DNA from: Candidatus Nanohaloarchaea archaeon
Lineage (GTDB): Archaea > Nanohalarchaeota > Nanosalinia > Nanosalinales > Nanosalinaceae
Direction: 5' to 3'
NCBI GenBank assembly: GCA_041640035.1
Contig: JBEQBC010000013.1
Coordinates: 1-18,297, forward strand
DNA: 18,297 bases
Made by a program: the position numbers and the translations under genes. The notes beneath the pieces were generated by a model that worked only from the letters and a program-made list of their open reading frames with translations, was not told where the DNA came from and ran no database searches. Positions 7,575 to 15,663 of this stretch are shown piece after piece; position 1 is the first letter of the stretch, and the number at the start of each line of letters is the position of its first letter.

Positions 7575-10500
7575 TTATTCTCCACTGTACCAGCTATCGG
7601 CTTCCAGAAGTTCTACATTTTGCTCCATGTCTTCAACTTCATCAGCGTGTTTGAGCTCTAGACCCATGCTATCGGATACCTTGGACATGTAGTCCTCGAA
7701 GTACTCTCCGGTATCTATATCTACATCTTTGTACTGGGAGGTGTTGTGGTAAACCATTTCCTCATCTTCCGTAATGAAAGCCTTCACTCTTGCTCTTTCA
7801 CGGCCTTCCTCGTCTTCAGCGTAGAATACCATCTTGTTAGCGTCAACTGCGTTACTTACTGATGCCCAGGCAAAGCTTCCGCCATCAACATCGTGGCATG
7901 AACCAAATCCTCTTCCCATCTGTGTGGTATCCATAGGATCAGCTACATGAAGTGTCAGTTCATCTGGAATTCCGGTTGAACGGTTTTCAACTGCTCTGTA
8001 ATTATTCAGTACATTTTTTGCTTCACCGTAGAGATCGGTTTCTTCAGGATCCATCTCGTCAAGAGTCTGTTCAGCCTCTTCAACCGAGTCGACAGTTCCT
8101 GCACCAAGATCGCTTAGGATTCCGTTCAGTTCAGTCCAGTACTGCTGTTTCTCTGCATCTACATCGAACTCTACACTTTCAGAGTCTATATCAACGGTTA
8201 ATGCGCTTCTGTATCCTTTATCTTCATCATGCCGATAGGTATCGTCTGCTTGGTCAGACAGATCGGGATCAATCATCTGCTCTGCTTCGAAGCCGTGCTC
8301 CTCCAACCACTGCTGATTGCTTTCGAGCTGGTAAACATCGTTCTGATGGCTTAAAAGTGTGTCTACTGTGTCCGAGTGTCCTTCATGCTCTTTTCTAACC
8401 TTCAGTGCAGCTAGCTCATTTTCAGTAAGTTCTTCAGGTCTCTCTCCTGTCGCTTCCTCGTACTCTTCCAGTGCTGCGTTGTATCCTACTTTCTGGAGGT
8501 TTTGCTTCAGGTATCCTCTTAGCTTGCTCTGTACATCTTTCTCCAGTTCCTTTCTTCTATCTTCTTTGAGACTTTCGATATCCTCTGGTTCTGGTTCGAA
8601 GTCTGTGTTCTGTCTGCGGCCTTCCTTTGATTTCAGCATTCCAAAGACATTTGAAGCGTCGTATTCAAGGTCAAGATTGTCTGCGAGGCCTCTGACCGTT
8701 CTAAGCTTTTCGGCCAGTTCCTGATCACTCATCTCACCGTACTCTGTATCTGTATCTTCCTGACCGGTTATCTCATCTATTACCTGTTTGTAAGGAGAAT
8801 CTTCGTCGAAGAAGTCATCTGCTTCAGGCAGATCGCCTTCTAGATCAAGGATTCCCTCTATCTCTTCGACTTCATCATCTACGAAGAAAGTGTATTCACG
8901 GTTGACTGCAATATCGAAAAGTGTGTTTCCGAACTTGCTGTCACCGGAGCTGTACTCTGTTCTTTCTCCGTGCTCTCCTACAAATCCTTCAAGTACTTCC
9001 TCATCTTTCTCTGTTCGAAGCGACTGGTAGATTAGATCTCTTGATTCATCGTCTAGCTGCTGTAGCAGTTCTCCGAATTCACGGAGCTGTTCTCTCTTGA
9101 AATCATCCTCATTAGGTATATCTTCTGCGACCTTCGAGATGATCTGTCCCTGTACGCGTGGATGGAAGTTGTCGTAGACATCTATCAGGTCTGCGTCAGA
9201 ACCAGCTTTACCAATCTGTTGTATTGCTTTAGCTGCGTATTCCTTCCGTAATTCTTCTACCTCTTCTTCCAGTCTCTGCTGTACGCCTTCAAGAGTATCT
9301 TTTTCGAAATCCTGTCCGTCCTGTTTTCTGTCCTGCTGTTCGACGACCCACTGCTCGATATCCAGATCTACATGTTCTCCTGAGAACTCTGCAAGGTATA
9401 CCAGGTTCTCGATTTCCTCGTTCTGTTCAACTGCATCGTTCAGATGTCCTCCAAGAGTTGAGAATCCCTGATGCCAGACACTGTCATCATCCCACTTACC
9501 TTTCAAATCGGATATATCGTAGAACTCCTGTTCACCGGACAGAACCTGTTCAACATACTTGCGGTCCAGGCCCTCTACATCATCGTCTGATACCTTCATC
9601 ATTCCGTTGATCAGGCTTGCGAACATCCTGTTATCTTCATCTGTGAAATCTTTGAGATGTCCTAAACGGGCAGCGATCGCATCCAGTGATTCTTCAGGAT
9701 CTACATCTAGTTCATCGGATAGAAGTTCCTGGAAATACCGTTCATTTGCGAAAAACCGGTTTCTGAAAGTTCTTGCATCATCACCGTATCTTTCAGCACC
9801 AGCGTCGGAATCATGCATCTCCTCTCTTATCTCTCTTGTTCTCTCCATTCTCTCATCGCTGTGAGGAGCTAAACCATCGGGAGCGAATATAGGAAGACCG
9901 TAAATCTCATCTTCTCTTTCCTTAACTTCCTGTTTGAAGCTGTTCCAGTCGTCCCAGTTGAAGCCTGTGCTTTCCATGTCACGGGCCGGGAATGTCGCGT
10001 CATTTTGGTATGTTCTGCTGCTTTTAGGCGTTACTACGAACATATCGCCGTCAGTATCATCTATATCTATATCATCTGCAATGACCAGTCCTCCTACGGA
10101 CTCATTATCAAGTTTCTGTATATCTATATTACTTGAAACAACTGTAGGGAGATTTGACCTTTTGAAAGCCGCATTAGAGTAGTCTCTAGGTGTACTAACT
10201 TTTGTTAGGTCTCCGAAATGGCTGATATTGTGAGATTCTCTGGCAAAATGTCTTCCGTACTCGGCGTCTCCCTCTATCGCGTTAACAGAGGAGTTTTTGA
10301 GAACGGTCTTTCCTGCAACATCTCCTCTGACTGTTCCTACTGTAGAATCTTCGATGGCGACCGTAGATTCAAGCGAACTTGTCGGAACCTGTACTGATCC
10401 TACTGATTCTATTTCCATGTCCTGGACTCCATGGGCGTATTCAGAGTTTTCGATAGTTACATCTCCGAAATGTTCCTCTTCCTCATTTGCTTCTGAGGGA

Positions 10501-10580
10501 GTCAGGGCTTCAACTACTGTGTCGGTTTCCTCTTGACCGTCGAGGTGGAGATCCCGGAGGTTTTGATCGGAGGCACTCAT
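7575..10580 (-). CDS. Large acidic hypothetical protein, 1001 aa: beta-rich N-terminus, helical/coiled-coil middle, globular C-terminal domain with a GSC motif
   Basis: Long uninterrupted ORF with halophile-like composition. No signal peptide or TM segment visible. TTATAT box about 24-29 nt upstream of the ATG. Confidence 0.9.
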   Translation of the reverse strand: MSASDQNLRDLHLDGQEETDTVVEALTPSEANEEEEHFGDVTIENSEYAHGVQDMEIESVGSVQVPTSSLESTVAIEDSTVGTVRGDVAGKTVLKNSSVNAIEGDAEYGRHFARESHNISHFGDLTKVSTPRDYSNAAFKRSNLPTVVSSNIDIQKLDNESVGGLVIADDIDIDDTDGDMFVVTPKSSRTYQNDATFPARDMESTGFNWDDWNSFKQEVKEREDEIYGLPIFAPDGLAPHSDERMERTREIREEMHDSDAGAERYGDDARTFRNRFFANERYFQELLSDELDVDPEESLDAIAARLGHLKDFTDEDNRMFASLINGMMKVSDDDVEGLDRKYVEQVLSGEQEFYDISDLKGKWDDDSVWHQGFSTLGGHLNDAVEQNEEIENLVYLAEFSGEHVDLDIEQWVVEQQDRKQDGQDFEKDTLEGVQQRLEEEVEELRKEYAAKAIQQIGKAGSDADLIDVYDNFHPRVQGQIISKVAEDIPNEDDFKREQLREFGELLQQLDDESRDLIYQSLRTEKDEEVLEGFVGEHGERTEYSSGDSKFGNTLFDIAVNREYTFFVDDEVEEIEGILDLEGDLPEADDFFDEDSPYKQVIDEITGQEDTDTEYGEMSDQELAEKLRTVRGLADNLDLEYDASNVFGMLKSKEGRRQNTDFEPEPEDIESLKEDRRKELEKDVQSKLRGYLKQNLQKVGYNAALEEYEEATGERPEELTENELAALKVRKEHEGHSDTVDTLLSHQNDVYQLESNQQWLEEHGFEAEQMIDPDLSDQADDTYRHDEDKGYRSALTVDIDSESVEFDVDAEKQQYWTELNGILSDLGAGTVDSVEEAEQTLDEMDPEETDLYGEAKNVLNNYRAVENRSTGIPDELTLHVADPMDTTQMGRGFGSCHDVDGGSFAWASVSNAVDANKMVFYAEDEEGRERARVKAFITEDEEMVYHNTSQYKDVDIDTGEYFEDYMSKVSDSMGLELKHADEVEDMEQNVELLEADSWYSGE

Positions 10581-10582
10581 AG

Positions 10583-10605
10583 TTGTTACTTACTCATAGT
10601 AACAA
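10583..10605. promoter_or_regulatory. Perfect 8-bp inverted repeat TTGTTACT-N7-AGTAACAA, candidate operator
   Basis: Lies between the TATA box and the ATG of the 1001-aa gene, in the divergent intergenic region. Confidence 0.55.
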
Positions 10606-10679
10606 TATAAGTCTTTTGGTTTTAGCCTCTTCACTCCTCCAAACAAAGGAATTTAAACCAGAGAGACAAAATTCTTTAT

Positions 10680-11138
10680 ATGAAATCACACGCGATGTTA
10701 ATCCTATTTGCTGCTGTGATAGCAGCAGGATGTACATCTTCTCAACCCACAGATACCCAAACACCACCAGAAGACACCGGCGACCCCGTAGAGCCGGAAA
10801 ACAGCACAAAGCCAACTGAGAACGAGGCAAACACCACCGTGATAACACATACTAGCTCAGGTTTCACACCTGAAACAATTACTATAGAAGCCGGAGAAAC
10901 AGTTGTCTGGGAATCAGAGACCGGGAATATGTGGGTGGCATCCGACCAGCATCCATCACATACAGAGTACAGTGGAACATCAAGAACCGAGCACTGCCAG
11001 AACGGAGATCAAAACACCGCAGCTTTCGACCAGTGTAACGCCGGTTCAACATTCTCATTCACATTCGAGCAAACCGGTGAATGGAGCTATCACAACCATG
11101 AAAACAGCTTCCAAGGCGGAACAGTGGTGGTAGAATGA
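10680..11138 (+). CDS. Cupredoxin/plastocyanin-fold lipoprotein, 152 aa
   Basis: Lipobox IAAG-C; P/T/E-rich linker; GFTPETITIEAGETVVW; FSFTFEQTGEWSYHNH...GTVVVE. TTTAAA box upstream. Confidence 0.85.
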   Translation: MKSHAMLILFAAVIAAGCTSSQPTDTQTPPEDTGDPVEPENSTKPTENEANTTVITHTSSGFTPETITIEAGETVVWESETGNMWVASDQHPSHTEYSGTSRTEHCQNGDQNTAAFDQCNAGSTFSFTFEQTGEWSYHNHENSFQGGTVVVE

Positions 11139-11653
11139 GCTTTCTAGAGAAACTTGACACAGTAGGAATCTGGGGAATCACAGTCACAGTCGGTTACCTA
11201 CTGACCGCAGCAGCCGGATACATAGGACTTACCGGATCCACAGTAAACTACGGATTAATCACAGCCTGGCTAGCATTAATGCTGATACCGACTTACTACA
11301 GCGTTCAGAAGTTCCGTGAAGACGGCGACTGGAAGAATCTGAACTTCATCTGGGCTGTACTTATGGTTCTAGGAGTCTTGGCGAACTACGCAGGTCAGGC
11401 AACCGCGACCGGACAGATTCTGCAGTACAGCTACTACCAGAAATGGTTCGTGCTTCCAGGAGCACTGTTCGCATACACAGCCTACAGAATGGACGGATTC
11501 TCAAGGAATGTGTACGCAGTCGCTACAGTACTGAACCTTGCAGTAGCATTCAGTCTTTCCAGCGTACCAGTGCTTCAGACACATGCTTTCACGGTTGCAG
11601 CAGTTATTCAGGGATTGCCTATGCTGATGGACTGGTACCAGTTCAACATGTAA
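11135..11653 (+). CDS. Hypothetical integral membrane protein (about 6 TM), 172 aa
   Basis: Multiple hydrophobic segments. ATGA start/stop overlap with the cupredoxin gene implies translational coupling. Confidence 0.85.
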   Translation: MSFLEKLDTVGIWGITVTVGYLLTAAAGYIGLTGSTVNYGLITAWLALMLIPTYYSVQKFREDGDWKNLNFIWAVLMVLGVLANYAGQATATGQILQYSYYQKWFVLPGALFAYTAYRMDGFSRNVYAVATVLNLAVAFSLSSVPVLQTHAFTVAAVIQGLPMLMDWYQFNM

Positions 11654-11697
11654 AAACACTGGGTTTACATCGTTTGTAATAGGAGGAACGAGATTCA

Positions 11698-12912
11698 GTG
11701 AGCAAAAGCATCAAGAGAACATTATTCCTCGTAGTACTCGCCGAAGTAATCGGCTTCGGAATACTCATACCGATACTACCACTTCTCTTCACCGAGCCAA
11801 GCAGCCAGTTCTTCATACTACCTGAACAGTACACAATCCAGACCGGATACATACTACTCGGCGTACTGATCGGATTATACCCGATCGGACAGTTCATATC
11901 AACACCGATACTCGGAGAGCTCAGCGATATCTACGGCCGTAAAAAAGTCATGAGCCTATCCATCATGGGAACAGTAGTTTCCAACCTGATATTCGCAGTA
12001 GGACTGGTAACAGCCAATATACCATTACTACTGATCTCAAGAAGCCTAAACGGTTTGACCGGCGGACTGATCTCAGTAGCACAGGCAACGATAGCAGACA
12101 TATCCAGCGACAGTGACAGAGCAGCGAACTTCGGATTAATCGGTGCAGCGTTCGGAACAGGATTCATCTTTGGACCTTTCCTCGGAGGACTGCTTTCATC
12201 AAAGATACTGCCGTTTCTGAACGATGTAACACCGTTCATCTTCGCATCAATCCTCTCTACACTCAGCATACTTTACCTCCGGTACGCGTTGAAGGAGACC
12301 TCGCCGATGGAGGACAAGAAGATTCAGTGGAGCAAACCGTTCACACAGCTCAAAAAGGGTTTGAAGATTCCAGGCTTGAAGAAACTGTTCGGAGTCAACT
12401 TCCTGTACTTCTCCGGCTTCTCATTCTTCACCACATTCATACCTGTCTACCTAGTAAGAGTCTTCGAATTCAGACAGTTCCAGACAGGCAACTTCTTCCT
12501 CTACCTCGGAATATTCATCCTGATAACACAGCTAGGAATCATACCGAAACTCTTCCCACGGTTCAAGGAAGAAGATATCATGCCGAAAACACTGTTCCTC
12601 ACAGGAATATTCATAATACTACAATTGCTGCCAAACAACCTTTACATCTTCCTCGCAGTCGTACCACTGTTCGCAATCAGCAACGGAATCACACAGGTCA
12701 CCTTGAACACTTTGATATCGAAGAAAGCTCCAAAGAAAGACCAAGGCCTGGCTTTAGGTACTAATCAAAGTATTAGAAGCCTGGCAAACGCCGGACCATC
12801 CATACTTTCAGGAGTAGCAGCCGCAGCATTCACACCCACAACACCATTGTTCATCGCCGGAACTATAATCGTTGTAGGAGCGACTGTCTACATAGTTTCT
12901 GAGAAAATTTAG
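11698..12912 (+). CDS. MFS transporter, TetA/DHA1-like, 404 aa
   Basis: Motif A GELSDIYGRKK, SRSLNGLTGG, motif C-like GFIFGPFLGGLL, about 12 TM segments. GTG start with AGGAGG upstream. Confidence 0.92.
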   Translation: MSKSIKRTLFLVVLAEVIGFGILIPILPLLFTEPSSQFFILPEQYTIQTGYILLGVLIGLYPIGQFISTPILGELSDIYGRKKVMSLSIMGTVVSNLIFAVGLVTANIPLLLISRSLNGLTGGLISVAQATIADISSDSDRAANFGLIGAAFGTGFIFGPFLGGLLSSKILPFLNDVTPFIFASILSTLSILYLRYALKETSPMEDKKIQWSKPFTQLKKGLKIPGLKKLFGVNFLYFSGFSFFTTFIPVYLVRVFEFRQFQTGNFFLYLGIFILITQLGIIPKLFPRFKEEDIMPKTLFLTGIFIILQLLPNNLYIFLAVVPLFAISNGITQVTLNTLISKKAPKKDQGLALGTNQSIRSLANAGPSILSGVAAAAFTPTTPLFIAGTIIVVGATVYIVSEKI

Positions 12913-13512
12913 TTAGAAGTCTTTCTCTGTAGCAGCCATCGTATGCAGATCCTTAGTATCGATAGGCTGGTCATTAACTCTGTGAACTCGTACATCCTTG
13001 TCCTCAAGTTTTTCGACTATCGAGGTCGGTGAATCCTTGATAACCAGTGTATCATTCAGGTTGACTGCGTTATCAATGATGTAGTCGGCGAACTCGTCAT
13101 CTGACTGTGCTTGGTGCTGTAAAGATGTACCCTGCCGGAAGTCCTCAGGTAGGTCGTCCGGTACTTCCTGACCCAGTTCATTCATCCCTTCTGCTTCTCT
13201 GTTAGTTGGATTTACAGGCCCTGCGTTGAATGCTCCTACCTGTACTTCAGGTTCGGATAGTACCTGAGCGGTGTAGATGAGTGGTTGTCCTCCGTAGTCT
13301 CCAAGCGCTCCGTAGACCACACCTTCTTCGAACGCCTCTGTCATGTATGCTTCGATCTCGGCTTTACGGGCCTCGGTGCTTGGTCTCAGGTCGTAGAATA
13401 TGTCGGCTCCAGGGTTATTATCCAGTTCTCCGTACAGAAGTGATTTGAACTGTGTTTCACCGAACTCTTCTGTCTCGGAGTTCTCATACAGTACGGAGAG
13501 ACCGTCTTCCAT
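12913..13512 (-). CDS. Hypothetical acidic soluble protein, 199 aa
   Basis: Acidic ORF whose stop abuts the MFS stop. TATATAT box about 26-32 nt upstream. No family recognised. Confidence 0.8.
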   Translation of the reverse strand: MEDGLSVLYENSETEEFGETQFKSLLYGELDNNPGADIFYDLRPSTEARKAEIEAYMTEAFEEGVVYGALGDYGGQPLIYTAQVLSEPEVQVGAFNAGPVNPTNREAEGMNELGQEVPDDLPEDFRQGTSLQHQAQSDDEFADYIIDNAVNLNDTLVIKDSPTSIVEKLEDKDVRVHRVNDQPIDTKDLHTMAATEKDF

Positions 13513-13596
13513 ACCTCTACACCTATGTACTGAATCATATATATCTGTTCAAGGGGGAAGAAGGTAAAAGGATAGTGACAAAATTTGTTTGTAATT

Positions 13597-13785
13597 ATGG
13601 AACTTGAAGACCTTAAAGAACCTGTACTTCACGGACTGACGGGAGTAGTTATCTCAGCAGTTATCACATACGGATTGCATGCAACACTGATCCCTTCAGA
13701 AGATATAGCATGGGCGCTGTACGCAGTAGTGTTCTCCTCGTTCTTCTCCACAGGTTCTTCAGTCTACTTCATGCAGCAGGAGTAA
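13597..13785 (+). CDS. Small 2-TM membrane protein, 62 aa (ATG at 13597)
   Basis: MELEDLKEPVLHGLTGVVISAVITYGL...WALYAVVFSSFFSTGSSVYF, two hydrophobic helices. Confidence 0.75.
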   Translation: MELEDLKEPVLHGLTGVVISAVITYGLHATLIPSEDIAWALYAVVFSSFFSTGSSVYFMQQE

Positions 13786-13826
13786 ACAGCTTTAAATCCT
13801 ATTTACATCTTATTTTTTCTCAAGAG

Positions 13827-14144
13827 ATGGAAGCCGGAACAGTACTGATACTAGGGATTCTGCTGGCCGCATCCGTAATCGCAGCTCTATCATTACTGAT
13901 CGTAAAGGAGCTTGTACAGGATGGAAAAACGGCGATGGTCAAGATGCAGCTCAGCCAAGAGGAAACTATCTCCGAGTTCAGACAGTTGCTTTTCTTCCAC
14001 TCACTGGTGCTTCCAGCACTTGTATTCGTCACTTTGTCCGGTATAACCGAAAACCCGTTATTCATAAACATCGGAAGAGCTATGATAGGAGTACAGGGCA
14101 TAGGAATCTTCTTTATCTTCTACAAATGGTGGAGGCGGTTCTAA
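13827..14144 (+). CDS. Small 3-TM membrane protein, 105 aa (ATG at 13827)
   Basis: MEAGTVLILGILLAAS..., with TTTAAA about 31 nt upstream. The 13710 start would overlap the previous gene. Confidence 0.8.
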   Translation: MEAGTVLILGILLAASVIAALSLLIVKELVQDGKTAMVKMQLSQEETISEFRQLLFFHSLVLPALVFVTLSGITENPLFINIGRAMIGVQGIGIFFIFYKWWRRF

Positions 14145-14147
14145 AAA

Positions 14148-14480
14148 ATGGACTACTCAATGATCGCACTCGGAGGCGGCGCAGGCATAATATTCATAGG
14201 CATAGTAACACTACTTTACCGCATAATCGGATTCATGCGTCAAGAACCTGATGTCGCACTCTCCAAACTTTTCCTACGGGACGAAGCACTTCTAGGATTC
14301 AAGGTACTGGCAGCAAGCAACTTCCTGTTCACCATACCTCTTGCCGCAGAAGCGATAGCTCTCATCATGGGAGATACCGGCTCAGCGATGAAAGCACGGT
14401 ACATCATGCCGTTAACGATGACCGGCTACCTCTACTTCTACATAAAGATCTACCGGGCTACCAAGCCGTACGAAGACTAG
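14148..14480 (+). CDS. Small 3-TM membrane protein, 110 aa, probable paralogue of the preceding gene
   Basis: Starts 3 nt after the previous stop. Same layout of TM1, amphipathic loop, TM2, TM3. Confidence 0.82.
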   Translation: MDYSMIALGGGAGIIFIGIVTLLYRIIGFMRQEPDVALSKLFLRDEALLGFKVLAASNFLFTIPLAAEAIALIMGDTGSAMKARYIMPLTMTGYLYFYIKIYRATKPYED

Positions 14481-15241
14481 ATAACGATATTGTTTTTACC
14501 TTCTTCCACTCTGGACTCGACCGCGTCAATATCAGCCATGACCGGCTGTTCAACACCTAGATCCTCGTCGTACAGATTTGTGAAGAACGCGTAGATATCC
14601 GCAGCGTTGTAGTCACCGTCATAATCATCCTCTCTACTGCTTCTAAGTCTATCCATTCTTTCCTCAAATGACTCAAGCTGGTCCCAGAAACTTTGAGCTC
14701 TGTCAACATCAAGCGGCATCTCGTACTGGTTCATCCTCTGGAACTCTTCCACGACTTGGTCCAGTTCTTCATCGTATGTCCGCAGTCGCTGTCTTTCTTT
14801 TTCGAAGTCGTTCAACTGGTATACACGGGCGTTCTGTGAGGCTTTCAGGAACTTGTTTAGCTGTCCTGCCAGCGCCGGAACGATCACATCATTATTTTGT
14901 AGGCTGTTGACTGTGGCTTCTGCCATCTCCTGGTACTGTGGGAACAAGGTGAATTCGTCGTAGATATCAGCCATGACCAGGTCTGAGATGTTTTCCTCGT
15001 CCATAACCTGCTGTAGTCTTTGCTGGTAGAAATCGTATTCTTCGCTGGGTTTGGATACTTCCTGCCAGGCGTTCACGAACTCACTAGTTTGAGGCATGTC
15101 GTTCACCGTGTACTGGCGGTTGACCATGGCTTTCAGTTCTTCTAGTTCCTGTATCTGTTCCTGTGTTTCACTTACTAGGTCGTCGACCCTGTCCGCGGCT
15201 TCTGCTGTGTGTCCTGGTATTACCTGGAGTTCTTCTGTCAT
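14477..15241 (-). CDS. Helical/coiled-coil hypothetical protein resembling a haloarchaeal uncharacterised family (DUF7260-like), 254 aa
   Basis: C-terminal motif WDQLESFEERMDRLRSSRE...NLYDEDLGVEQPVMADI. TTTTAA box about 27 nt upstream. Shares a CTAG stop overlap with the convergent gene. The family call is from memory. Confidence 0.8.
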   Translation of the reverse strand: MTEELQVIPGHTAEAADRVDDLVSETQEQIQELEELKAMVNRQYTVNDMPQTSEFVNAWQEVSKPSEEYDFYQQRLQQVMDEENISDLVMADIYDEFTLFPQYQEMAEATVNSLQNNDVIVPALAGQLNKFLKASQNARVYQLNDFEKERQRLRTYDEELDQVVEEFQRMNQYEMPLDVDRAQSFWDQLESFEERMDRLRSSREDDYDGDYNAADIYAFFTNLYDEDLGVEQPVMADIDAVESRVEEGKNNIVI

Positions 15242-15328
15242 CAGAATTGTCTAATGGGCTTGAAGAGTTAAAACCGGTACGGTCCGACCGAAACACTGAA
15301 ATATGTAGAGCACTACAACATTAAGGTC

Positions 15329-15634
15329 ATGGAACAACTGGAAGAATACCGGGAAGTACTCGAACAGGTGGAAGAACTAGACAGGCAGGAAGGACTGAAG
15401 TTCATGTGGAACCTGGACGAACTACTTGAACACGCACTGGACCAAGCAGAACCAGAAGAGAAAGAGGTATACGGCAAGTTCTACCCGCTCTTGATGGAAT
15501 CAGATGACCACGAGGAACTGGTAGACCGGACAGAAGATCTCTATACCGAGTTCTACACCCACGCAGACAGCCAGACAGAATATGTAGAAGATGTGGTCAC
15601 CGGACTCTACCAAGAAGCACTGGACCGGATTTAA
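15329..15634 (+). CDS. Hypothetical acidic helical protein, 101 aa
   Basis: Strongly acidic ORF with typical codon usage, divergent from the 254-aa gene. Confidence 0.8.
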   Translation: MEQLEEYREVLEQVEELDRQEGLKFMWNLDELLEHALDQAEPEEKEVYGKFYPLLMESDDHEELVDRTEDLYTEFYTHADSQTEYVEDVVTGLYQEALDRI

Positions 15635-15663
15635 ATTCCAGCCACCGTAAATTCTTTAATGAA

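Noticed and set aside
7501-7692. 63-aa plus-strand ORF
   Set aside because: Overlaps tRNA-Leu and lies antisense to the 1001-aa gene; spurious.
11698-12912. Calling the MFS gene tetA (tetracycline resistance)
   Set aside because: The motifs support the DHA1 family only. Substrate cannot be inferred from the sequence.
15279-15317. Short dyads CGGTC-C-GACCG and TGTAG-AGCA-CTACA in a divergent promoter
   Set aside because: Only 5-bp arms and not repeated elsewhere, so indistinguishable from chance.
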